This document shows, one piece after another, positions 1 to 11,113 of a stretch of 64,000 bases of DNA (positions are counted from its first letter, which is position 1; the number at the start of each line of letters is the position of its first letter). This DNA is from Phoronis australis. Lineage: Eukaryota > Animalia > Phoronida. The notes under the pieces were generated by a model. It saw only the letters and a program-made list of their open reading frames with translations. It did no database searches and had not been told where the DNA came from. A program made the translations under genes and the position numbers. Where the stretch lies: the NCBI GenBank assembly GCA_002633005.1, contig NMRA01000535.1, forward strand, positions 87,850-151,849, read 5' to 3'.

Positions 1-2
1 GC

Positions 3-110
3 ACACACTGTAATTTTCAACTGCTTTGTACGTTGCGTGGACCGGTCACGCTGCATTCTTCACACAAACGAGCCAAGTACGACGGAGTGTGTCATGTTTT
101 GGAAAGCGAT
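3..110 (+). CDS. Putative internal exon (5'-truncated by window) of an unidentified plus-strand gene: THCNFQLLCTLRGPVTLHSSHKRAKYDGVCHVLESD
   Basis: Open frame from position 3 to GAT|gtaatt donor at 111; phase 0, compatible with the exon at 1396. Confidence 0.4.
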
Positions 111-230
111 GTAATTGCATACCCAAAGTGGGCGTGAGAAGATAATGAGTACACCTGGTACGCAGCAAACTTGCTGCATGGTGACCGATTCATAAGGAAA
201 CGCAAACGACGAGGTAAAATAATGACTGAC

Positions 231-379
231 CATGGGCGGCGCACCATAGGAAGTTGGGGACTAGCTTCCCATTTTTTCCGTGCTGCGCCCCGCATGGTCT
301 ATTGGACCATGGGCAGTGCACCACAGGGAGTTGGGGAGGCTATAGACCCCCACTTTTTTTCAGTGCTGCACCGAGAATG
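231..379. repeat. Two short degenerate hairpin/MITE-like units starting CATGGGC(G/A)G(C/T)GCA; related to the 4697-4790 repeat
   Basis: catgggcggcgca occurs at 231 and again at 4697; second diverged unit at ~308. Confidence 0.35.
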
Positions 380-996
380 CCGACTCGACAGCTCACACGG
401 TCAAACCATATGAAAACAGAATGGCGGGAACTTCTTAACCCCCTAAATGTCACTTCCGGAGTAAGGCATGACTAATAAAATTAGGGGAAGCCGATATTAA
501 CTGAAAAACATGTCTGGAATAGTTAACGAACCGTTTACTAAAATGGCATAAAAAAGAGTTGCCTTCTCCTTTAATTAGTGTTTGTAGGCGATGGGATTGA
601 GAAGTTTAAAATGGTGATGAGAGCACGTGCGCTGTAAAAAGCTGCATTAATAACCCCGAAAAGTTACGGTGGAAAAAGCCAACCAGAGTGAAATCTACGG
701 AGGACTCAAAACTTGTAGAAAACCTGCCCACATACAACTACCGTGATCAAACTTATAAACACACTCACTTAGTTTTTTGTTCATCACTTTGAAATATTGG
801 ATAGTTTTCACCAGTCAAGACATCACCACAATAGGAATATTACCACGCTTACACATATTTGTGTTTTTTTCAATCAAAAATTAAGTTCAAAGAAAGTAAA
901 GTTCACCACCTTTCAATTGTGGTAACCATTTTAGTACTACCTGAAATAAAAAAATGTAACTTGAAAATAATTCTAAATAAAAGCTACAATTTCGTC

Positions 997-1316
997 CTGT
1001 TTAGTTAGCCGGAAAAAACGAAAATCGAATTAGGCATTTTGCTCCCATAAAATCGATCTGATAACATTCTTTACCGTGAATAGGGTTCTATTTCCGTTTC
1101 CAAGAACAAGAAAACTATCAATGACTCAACAAAACGCCTCAGAGTTCTTAGGGATTGGCCAACGCAAAAATTGCGACTTCCACAATTGTGCACGTAGCCA
1201 TTGGCTAGAACTTGAGTTGATAACGAAAATAGAATCCTATCACGATAAATTATGAGACCCGTTCAATTGGAGTAAAAGACCTAATGCGATTTTTGATTAT
1301 TAGCCAGCTAAACATG
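997..1316. mobile_element. Old MITE-like element with ~110-bp imperfect inverted repeats
   Basis: gtttagttagc...ccgtgaatagggttctatttccgtt versus aacgaaaatagaatcctatcacg...gccagctaaac. Confidence 0.45.
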
Positions 1317-1395
1317 GCGACCGTGCAACATACAACGGCAATCATAAGTATAGTCTTGAAGCGGAACGGCGTTGCTGTTTTTTGGTCATGACCAG

Positions 1396-1446
1396 AGGAA
1401 GGTTCCGACCCCCTGTCGCTCCCTTGTAATCCTACTATGGTCCAAC
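1396..1446 (+). CDS. Exon of unidentified plus-strand gene: RKVPTPCRSLVILLWSN
   Basis: Acceptor ...tttttggtcatgaccag|, donor AAC|gtaaga; 51 nt, phase 0-0. Confidence 0.55.
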
Positions 1447-2268
1447 GTAAGAGGTATCTTCCTTCTCAGAGACACTTCACAAACCAACTCTGTTAGAGAA
1501 GACTTGTTAGACTGCAGATCACAGCATATCCATAGTGTACAGTTTCTCTGTATGTCAATATACCCATAGTGTAGTTTCTCTCTATGTCAATATACCCATG
1601 TTCTACACTTTCTCTGCATGTCAACTGCTAACAACTTCGTACGCTTTAATATTGAAATAATCAACATCAATAAATGAATTTTCATATGACGTGCGACACA
1701 TGACTTACAGTACTCGTAAGCAAGTCTGCCTCTGAAGCCGAACCTCACGAATTGACCGATTGGCTCATTTAAGGCCACTTGATGCAATTACATAATTTTA
1801 ACGTGGAACATGTCTAAAGCTTCCACGTATATAACAATAAAACTTTGAATCCTTCAGGTGTTTGGTTTATCCAGATATAAATCTTTCTATCTTTTCTGGG
1901 CGTAACTCTAATAATTGTGCATTATACTTTTCGTAATAAACATTTTAAAAATAAATTTAAAAAGTGTAGCACTTTGGTGGTAAACATCATATCAAAACGA
2001 TTTCTACCGGATATTTACTCATCTTCAGTTCTTTTAAATAAATTTCAAGAGAACTTCGATATCATATCATGCAGAATTATAAAAATATGTGGATTATCTC
2101 AGGAAGGTCTTTCTTTGCGAATTATGTATTCAGCTTGACGTGCGGAGTCCCAGGCTGCCTTCCGTAGATGCAAACATGACTTCCGCGAGATATTGCCATG
2201 CATTATAAGCGAAGCACATGACTGCGTTGAAGTTTACGAAGCACAGCCTCATTTGGTTATAATGACAT

Positions 2269-3573
2269 TCAGGTCCTCTCTGCTTGGTCTGTATTTTTTA
2301 TTGCGCTGGAGACTAAACTAACTCGAGAGTTAAGTTGTATAGATGGCAGCAACCCGGACCCACCACCGTAAAGCGCCTGCGCGAGTTGCTGAGATTCCTT
2401 CGTTACTTTCTGCGTGGCGACTGGCTGAAGAGATGCTCGGCCCTTCGTGCTATTGACGGAATCGAACGACCTTTGAGTACAAAGTTCTGGGAGCATTTGG
2501 TACGAGTTTTCCCGTCTAACTGCGTCTGGGAAATTCGGCGGAACTGACGACGACTTTTGTCGGAACAAAGGGTTATCAATAGATGAATATGGATGGAAGG
2601 ATTTGTTTATGATTTGTCCATTGTTTCCGTATTCAGCTTCTTTTCTTTGGTAATTCGGACTTCCAGAGCTCTTCGGCACAAGATCGTCATTTGAATTAAA
2701 AATCATTTGCTTCTTTTTCTTATTTCGTTTTTTTTCTTTTTTAGATGTGAGCATGATTGGTTGTAACTTGTTTGGTTTGTGGTTATCTAGAAATACGTCA
2801 TCTGTTGTTTCTTCAACTTCGTTTTTGACATAGCATGCATTGTCTCCGCCGAGGCTTCCCTTGGAGTGTAAGCTTATTCGATCAAGTCGTAAAGAGGTCG
2901 TACTCGGGTTGGTCTTTTTCTTAACATTATTTTCGATGTCGTTATCCAGCAACGCCTTTAGTTCCTCCTTGTTTACGACACTGCTGGTGTCAGCACCGGC
3001 TTCGTTTACCAATGTTCGACACATGTCAGAGAAACGTAATTTCAACGCCAGCATTAAAGGTGACAGGCCGTCTTTGTTCAATTGATTGACGTTGAGTGTA
3101 TTCTTTACTGGTGTGTAGCTTAAGAGTAACCGTACAAATGACGTATTGTTGGCGTTGACTGCCAAGTGCAATGGCGCGTTGCCGTCATTATCTGGAACGT
3201 TTGGGTCGCACTCTCCCTTGCGTATTAAGAGACGCGTTACGTCATCCAGTCCCTTTGTCATTGCAGTCAGTGCCAAGCACGAGCGGCTGTAGTTATCTTG
3301 ACAATTGACGTCAGCCCCTCGACGTACAAGCAAGCGGACAATGTGCGTGCGGACGTCGTCCTTGTCCAATAAAATGGCCGACAACAGTGGAGTCATTCGT
3401 GCGTCATCGCATATGTTAACGTCGACAGTGAGATCGTCAAGCATCGCTGAAACTGCTCTAACTTTACCGTTCTGCACAGCTCTGAGAAGGGCCTGTGATG
3501 CTTCAACATTGTCCGTAATTGCAGAACGCACGTGTATCCGTCTCGTACCAGCCGACATATTCGGTTCAGTCAT
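2269..3573 (-). CDS. Ankyrin-repeat protein, ANKRD63/ANKRD34-like (434 aa, single coding exon)
   Basis: About 5 N-terminal ankyrin repeats (MTPLLSAI, GADVNCQD, GNAPLHLAV, GLSPLMLAL), then a long low-complexity tail with KKEKKRNKKKK. First true ATG at 3573. Upstream acceptor tttgtttcag| (exon from 3632) and donor gtaagt at 3896 suggest a 5'UTR intron. Confidence 0.85.
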   Translation of the reverse strand: MTEPNMSAGTRRIHVRSAITDNVEASQALLRAVQNGKVRAVSAMLDDLTVDVNICDDARMTPLLSAILLDKDDVRTHIVRLLVRRGADVNCQDNYSRSCLALTAMTKGLDDVTRLLIRKGECDPNVPDNDGNAPLHLAVNANNTSFVRLLLSYTPVKNTLNVNQLNKDGLSPLMLALKLRFSDMCRTLVNEAGADTSSVVNKEELKALLDNDIENNVKKKTNPSTTSLRLDRISLHSKGSLGGDNACYVKNEVEETTDDVFLDNHKPNKLQPIMLTSKKEKKRNKKKKQMIFNSNDDLVPKSSGSPNYQRKEAEYGNNGQIINKSFHPYSSIDNPLFRQKSSSVPPNFPDAVRRENSYQMLPELCTQRSFDSVNSTKGRASLQPVATQKVTKESQQLAQALYGGGSGLLPSIQLNSRVSLVSSAIKNTDQAERT

Positions 3574-4371
3574 ATCACATTGTCCAGAATCAGGTTTTGG
3601 GCTCGACCTTACCAAATGAGAACCAGCCAAATCTGAAACAAAGCAAAATATGGTGGTATAAAGACAATTGTTGTAGCCTCCAACACTCGGCTCAAAACTC
3701 ACGACGAACACAGTTGACTATAAGTCAAGCTTTCATAAAGACTGGCTCAAGCGTCCGTGTTGTGAAACCATTTTTCAACAGACTAATAGCAGATCTCCAA
3801 GTGTAGCAGAAGAGTGGGACGAAATCGATATCTCTATGCATAAACCCACATACCCTATAGGCTTGCATGTAGGAAACAAGTTGCACGATGACTTACCAAC
3901 CTCAAGCAAATTCCAGCTGAGCAAAAACTAGTTAGCAGCATGACGCCAACGGAGGTAGGACACGTTCGCCTTGCTTCTTATCATGCGAAAACTTAAATAA
4001 TTGGTTGTGAGCGGAAAATACAGAAAATTAATTGACAAACCCAAAGGCATGCTACTTCCATTAATCATCGCTTCTTCGTTCGACTTAAAAAGCAGTTTTT
4101 TTCATTTCTTGTATGTAATGAGTATTTTTGCTCCATTTCTCTACAAAACCCTAATTAAGTTCCTCTCCTGCGACATGAACCTTTCAGCCTATATTAGGAA
4201 TTTTAAGTTGGTGTTAAAACAAACATGTAAAAGATTTCCCGGCTGTCAGAGACACGTCAAAGTGGACAACAGTTCCAATTTAGTAAGTGCCTTTTGGTCG
4301 TCATCTTAATTCTTGAAGAAAGCAGATTTAAAATATTGATTTATCGGCAGAGCAACACGAAAGCGACTCCA

Positions 4372-4608
4372 TAACAACGTTGTTCTTCAAGTATTTACAG
4401 GTACACGCAGATGTAAACAGGTTATTATTGAAACGATCTCATTACAGCGTTGTTCTTCAAGTATTTACAGGTACACGCAGATTCAAACAGGTTAAAATTG
4501 AAGCGACTCTATGACAACATTGTTCTTCAAGTATTTACAGGTACACGCAGGTGTAAACAGATTATAATGGAAGCGATTCCTTTACAACGTTGTTCTTCAA
4601 GTATTTAC
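4372..4608. repeat. 70-bp tandem repeat, ~3.4 copies
   Basis: tgttcttcaagtatttaca recurs at 4381, 4451, 4521, 4591. Confidence 0.9.
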
Positions 4609-4696
4609 ATTTTTCTATACACGTTTCGGTGACACAAGTTTTCGGGGGTTTGTTTTCGTTAAAAGTGTCATTTACTACATAAGCCAACACTAGCGC

Positions 4697-4791
4697 ATGG
4701 GCGGCGCAGCCACCTATGGTTCGCTCCCATGTAGCGCCACCTATGGTTCGCCCCCATGTAGCGCCACCCATGGTTCGCCCCCATGTAGCGC
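4697..4791. repeat. ~28-bp tandem repeat x3 (gccacctatggttcgcccccatgtagc)
   Basis: Direct inspection. Confidence 0.85.
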
Positions 4792-4849
4792 CTAGACTTA
4801 CTCAAATTGTGCACCAAGTCCTGCACAAAAAGTAGTTTAATTTCCACAG

Positions 4850-4915
4850 TTGGTCACTCGAGCGCGCATTCCAATGAGAAAAATTAAACAATTGGCGCCA
4901 TTTATTCCCTGTCTG
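4850..4915 (+). CDS. Exon of unidentified plus-strand gene: LVTRARIPMRKIKQLAPFIPCL
   Basis: Acceptor tttaatttccacag|, donor CTG|gtgagc; 66 nt, phase 0-0. Confidence 0.6.
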
Positions 4916-5599
4916 GTGAGCCTGCAGTATGTACTACGTTTTCGAGGTAATTTTATGTTTTACCCAGAGATGTCTTTTGCTAGAAGCGGTCAGTTCTCTA
5001 ACCTTTGTAAGTTCAGTAACAGACTGATTTTTTTTCCGTAAATCACTGTTTACACACATTTGTATCAACAATATTTGATTATGTGAGTTTTTAGTTATCA
5101 AATGGGGTGACCTTTAAACATTTAAGTCGGTGTCTCGCATGTCACAAGTTCTCGCCTAATCACCCGATATTGGTCAACGTGATACGTCATTACATTGCAT
5201 AAGACTACAGGCGACGTGATATCACATGGGCATGGACAGGAAAACGTGGAATTTGTATTAATCTTGCCAACAGTGCTATAGGGTGATGAAAAATATTCAA
5301 ATATTTCGAAGGTCATGATCGACTTCTTCGTCAATGTTATATTTTTATGGCTGGTTACATTTCTTTGTAATGACACATTCCAACAATAAAGTCACGTAGC
5401 GTGAAACAGAAAACAGACATTTTATTTATAAAGTGCTCCCACCTTTACAGTTCAACATATTATATAATTTTTGTATTTATCGATATCTGTGGTAGTTTAG
5501 TTTGTCATAATAAATATGACCTTTTATCTCACCAACACGTGTTGTTTCACTGTAAACTAGCTTCGGTATCGCTTCGCAGTTAGCGCATATAAATATAGA

Positions 5600-5735
5600 T
5601 TATTACATGGCGAAGTTGTTATCCCCCGTTATCTAGAGCCCGAGTGGGTTTTGGAGAATTATCGCCCGAGGGGCGTTAATCTATATTTATCCCATACGCG
5701 TTGAATCTGTCGAGGGAAATACGGCCATGTAATAA
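5600..5735. mobile_element. Small non-autonomous element with TTATTACATGGC...GCCATGTAATAA inverted ends (CryptonV-like MITE)
   Basis: 12-bp perfect inverted repeat; family assignment from memory of similar invertebrate repeats. Confidence 0.45.
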
Positions 5736-6013
5736 TGTTTTCCGTATTCACCGTCCCGCACTACTTCAACAGTGACCTCTGACATTGAAGAATCAAAAGG
5801 TAGGTCAATGTCAACTCGACGTCGTTAGCCGGTTAGATCATCAAACTTTCGGAAAATAGCTTTAAGTAATACAATTGTAGCAGTTTAAATACCACTCAAC
5901 ATGCAACCAGGTCTCAATCGTAACATCTGGAAAAGGACTGTTAATTGTATGACAGTTCTGTCTCAGTTTTCAATTTATATATATATATATATATTATATC
6001 GTCTGCACCTCAG

Positions 6014-6121
6014 GCATCGATTCCTCGCCAATATCAAACATTGCTGTCACTGGCCATGACAACACCCGATACTATCGGCGACAGTACGAGCAGCAACGGC
6101 GACAGTCCCAGCAACACGTGA
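6014..6121 (+). CDS. Terminal coding exon of unidentified plus-strand gene: ASIPRQYQTLLSLAMTTPDTIGDSTSSNGDSPSNT*
   Basis: Acceptor tctgcacctcag|, phase 0, TGA at 6119-6121. AATAAA near 6466 is followed by a GT/T-rich tract. Confidence 0.6.
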   Translation, partial: ASIPRQYQTLLSLAMTTPDTIGDSTSSNGDSPSNT

Positions 6122-9100
6122 ACCTAACCATGCTACAGAATCCGTAGCCAGCCAGCTAGCTGTATGAACAAACTGTCGTATATTTAGTATACAGCTTTGT
6201 ACCAAGGCTACACAATCTGTAGAAACGCTACAACAGGCATATTCGCCGGAGCTGTCATCAACGGTGGCACTTTTAACATCTTCGTGAAAACAGACGACGT
6301 GTAGACTACGCGCTCCGGTCAATGACCTAGTTCATGAATGAGTGCAGCTACCCAATGAGGATTTTACAATGTTATAAATATTCTTGTTACTTGTTTATTT
6401 TCGAAATATGATACAAGTTCAATGTACAATAACTGCCGTTTTCATACTTTTTATCAATTTCAAGTAATAAACCGTTTAAAAGTGTTTTCTTTTACTATAG
6501 TAAGTTAGCAACCTAACGCGCACGTACATACACAACAGGTTGTGATTAGCCACGTAAACAGTCAGGGTGAAGTATTTATAAAATGCCGAAAGAAAACAAA
6601 AGAAACTCACGAATTCGATACGTATGGGATATATACATCTAAGAAATTCTCTTCAAGACATGACTACTATTTTGTGATATCATGGTTATTCATGTAGAAT
6701 TTAAACCAACTGCGTGCATACGTGCGACGTATACATGTACCTATGAATGCTAGTATTAATAGCTGGTGGCGAAGAAAAATGACGTTTCCTATAATTTTGA
6801 TGAAAGGAGTATACGACTGAAATGACATGACCGCTCTTCCATCACGGAAGTCGTCGACTAGTTGAAATTATATTTTGACACATTCATGCCAATATATTAC
6901 TTTCAACCCGTGCGCTAAGAAATGTCTTATAGTTAGAGTGTATGAACTTTCGATTTGGTTTTATTTTTCCCTTCGAATTTGGTCTCGAATTTAAAGGTAT
7001 GATAACCTTCCCAATGTAAACAACGGGAAATAGACATTCTCGGTAGCCCGAAGAGATTTTTTCGTTAATCATAGTTATCATTACTATGGCGATGCCCTAC
7101 CCGCAGCACAGTTGTGTGTCTTCGAAATGCTTATGAGCAACATGTTGATACCCAGAACATACCTCACAACTCGTATATTTGATTGTTATGTTATTGAGAA
7201 AGCGTCCTGCAAAATCGTCTTATCTGGGACGGTCCTAGTTTCGACCAAATGGGATCGTTGGTCACTAGCGACACCGTTGTGTCAACTATCGCTGACGGTA
7301 AGCCCTAATTCGTTGAGGAAGTTGAGGAAGGTCGTGTGCGCGTGATAAACTTCATTAATTGACACTTGGTGTCGCATCGCTGAGCGAAGAAAGGGAGAAT
7401 GGCATAATTTGCTCAACGATATCAGGTACAGCAATTATATATAAAGGTACAACAATTATATATAAAGGGACTTGCAACGATATCAGGTACACTTATAGTA
7501 CGAGTTTCGCTGACGAGGCAATTTGAATCGTGGTAATTATGCGATGAGGTGTAGTTTGCCTCGTTGGGACGCCGGCGGTGTTACATGAGCTAACGAATAC
7601 ACTGGGATACAGCTGACAAGACACCGAATTTGATGTCCCAATTTGAAACTGCTTTCAAAGTTACTGTCGAAAACTCAATACCGTTTCTAAGGAAACCCAT
7701 ACAGCGCTGATGGTTTAATTTTACTTCTTGATGATGTCAAAGAGCGGCTATTGAATTGTCTTTATTAAGCTTCAAAAATGTACACAGGGTTTGCAAATAC
7801 CAACCTTATTCTACAGTGTTAGGTAGCATTCGTTATGGGTCAACCAGAATGTCAAAATTACGGGTGTTCACTCCTGCTATACACTACAATTAACCTTACC
7901 AAGTGCTACCTAACCAACAGTTGTCCGTTTTGCCTTCCGTGTTTCTGTGGAATCGCGCGTCACTAGAATTCTCATCTCAGAATTGGTGGTCTGTGTAGCA
8001 GAAAGCTCACCCAGTCTCCACATTTTCACACAGGGTATGAATGAGGAACCTGTTCCCTTCCGAAAAGGTTACAAATGGTTCGGTGAATCCTCGAGTCGGT
8101 TCTCACAAATTTTGGCGAAAGCGTTTAAATATTCCTGCCAGGCACTTACACAACTAGTGTGGCTTGAAGGAACTGCAGGGTAACTTAGCCTTTTCACAAA
8201 ACACATATCAACATGTCCACAACATCGTTGTAACAAAACATCCGCGAGACGGGCTTTGCCTTGGACGATAAACAGCAGAACAAAAACTAGAATAGTTTGC
8301 TGTATTGACATTCGTCGTATAATTTCCTTAAGTGGCGGTGGCCTTTATTTGTCAATTTCTCCTTGAACGCGAACACCTTTGTGTTGAGAAAAGGTGAACA
8401 CAACTCACGCTATACCAGTGAAGGAGTGATAGTTTGAAAGGGATGCAACATCCCTGGGGCTTCTCAAGTTATTGCTGCCGGTAGTACGCATATGCACGCC
8501 TCTCTACATGTGACTGCGAAATTGAATGTGCATGTTTTCTCATCTTTGATTTTAAAACGAATTCGTCTTTATCTACACACTGCTATAAACTATACCCACA
8601 GCTTCTCCGGCTCTTTTTCTCAAATGCTCTCGGACCTTGATCTTTACTACACACTAACTGTTTCGGGCATTTTTAAGGGAAACAGCTGGCGAGGCCGCCG
8701 AATCCAGTTAACTCCAATGTCAGCCTTTGTTATCAACGATCACAAAAAGACGACACCTCAGAATAACCTCTAAAATGCATTTTGCCGCAAAACCGAGTGA
8801 GCGTTTTAAAAGATAAGATTAGCCTCAGTCGGTAAATCATTGTCATGTCATAGCGTGACGAAATACTATACCTTGGTACCATTTTCTTCTTTGGCTGCAA
8901 AATAGTACTCCGGTTTATTTTCTCCGTCAAAATTATCCGCCAGTGTGAGTTTTCGACGGAACCAACAATTCAGCATGACCAAAACATGAACTATAGTCTC
9001 TGGCTTAGTACCACAAAGAGTACATATTTATTAAAAATGTTGGGGGGAAAATCCGCCACGTAAACCAAGAAGCACCCTTTAAAGATTGCCTAACCTGAGC

Positions 9101-10106
9101 TTGCAGCAATTGTCCTGACATTCGAGCCCATCATGTGAAATGCGTCACAGCAAACGTAAATGGAATAAAGGACACCGTTCTTAATGGGGCACAGTATAAT
9201 GAATTACTTACGTTATTCTCGTTTCACGCTAAGTGATTTATTCTGGGTTTGCTAGCAGATTTCTCCAGGGACGCCTCGACGATAAATGTGATATTGCCGC
9301 GCTTCTCATCAATCGATCCCCCTATTGAAAAACCACCTTCATCAGTGAATAGATATTGACGCACTCCGCTAATGGTATCCGAATGAAGTATCGTAGGATC
9401 GTCATTGTCTTACAGCGTTTAATTGTCTGCGAACCATGTCAGCCTGAAGTTAATTAGGGAAATAGTATCGATCAGCGGCAGGGTTCATACCTCAAAGCTC
9501 GCGTGTAACCGAAATGTGAAACATGTTGTTTGTCCAGTTGCCCATTCTTCAAACTTGAATTGAAAAGAAAATCAATCATGGAAATTACTGGTGTAAACAT
9601 TTACAAAAAATCCGAATTTAAATTTATGCCACCGTGCTGATATTGATGATTTCTTAGAGAATGTGTTTTATAAATGGATAAATACACTGCAAAAGTTTAT
9701 TGAACAGGTTCGTACAGATGTTACATAAATTAGCTTCAATAAATACAAGCAGACCTGCTCGTTTGCACGATGGTAGCGTAAAATGATGACGCTGGTAATT
9801 AAACACCTGTTTTTTCATTGAGACCGTCTACTCACTGTTGCTCCAGCCTGCATTGTCTTTAAGTGCGTTTTATTGACATCCATTATTGCCATCCGTTCTG
9901 GTTTACACAGAATTGCTAAAATGAGTTACGGGTCTCCAGCAAAGTTTCAGAACATGACCTCGAGTGTACGTCACGCAACCTTGTTGATTTCGAGTGAAAT
10001 GGACGGTGACAAATTGTGTATCGGCGGTAGCCAAAATCAACCCCAGAAGCGGCTGTTTGATTAACACAGAGTGACTTCCTAAAACCGCTCTGAGGTGGTG
10101 GCGTAT

Positions 10107-10333
10107 TACAAATATTATTAAAATCTCTTGGTCTATTTACACCGACCTCTAGTCTATATACACTGTTACGACGTTTCGGTCGGTCTCTTCTCCGGCCATC
10201 ATCAGTGTTCCCGCGTTCTTAGAAGAACGAGCACGGATACGTGGTGCACTCATGGTGTGATTTTTTGTGCGTGACAGTGTACATAGACTAGAGGTTGGTG
10301 TAAATAGACCAAGAGATTTTAATAATAGTTGTA
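10107..10333 (-). mobile_element. Penelope-like pLTR remnant: ~64-bp inverted repeat enclosing a hammerhead-like core
   Basis: Arms 10107-10170 and 10270-10333. Minus strand 10205->10167 reads CTGATGA-T-GGCCGG-agaagaga-CCGACC-GAAAC-GTC-GTA. Confidence 0.6.
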
Positions 10334-11113
10334 CCACAGAGTGTTTTTAATTACGTCATCAGTACCCGGAAGTGCGCCATGTAGGAGAACAAGCAATGGC
10401 GGTGGTCAATGACAGCAATCCAAGTTATCGCGAATTTTTAGCTGCTGGTGATCGGCGTGCGTATGACTACTATTGACATTTATAGGAGGCATAGACACCT
10501 ATAAAATTCAGACATCGGAACGGGGAAACTGGGGACGGGGGCATAGAGACAGGAGAACAAAGAGACTGGGAAACGTGTTGTTTTGGGATCGGTTATTTTG
10601 TCTTACTGTGTTTAACATGCGTGATGAGTTAATGCGTGAAACAAACTCACATCAATAGATCTAGAAACACCCAGCATCCTAATTCGAAACGTTTGCACGG
10701 ACTCCAACTTGCTCTGCGGCCGCTTGCTTTCGACCTTGGGGTCAAAATTCACTCCACGCAAAATGGATGATACCGGTAATTGACCAATTTTACCGCATTG
10801 CGGCAATAGGTCAGGCCCAATAAAGGGAAGCGAAGGTTGGTTTTCTATGAAAATAAGGTCGAATATCTCCCGTCAAATCATATTTCGTAACATTTTAACT
10901 TAAATCGGATATTCTACATTGAAAATAAAAATTCTTCGTCCGGTTATACAAATGTAACCAAACAGTTGCGAGCGCAAAAGAAAGTTTGACGCTTTTGAAA
11001 TCTGTGGATTTGGCAATTCACAGTGAAGTAATTTAGAATCTTCCTTATATTTTTAGCAAAAAATCCTGAAATTTGTACATTCCTTTTTTATAGCAGTGTT
11101 TATCAAAATGTAT

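Noticed and set aside
3574-3711. N-terminal extensions in the ORF track for the ankyrin and coiled-coil (29076-29207) genes
   Set aside because: They start at non-ATG codons and cross apparent splice acceptors.
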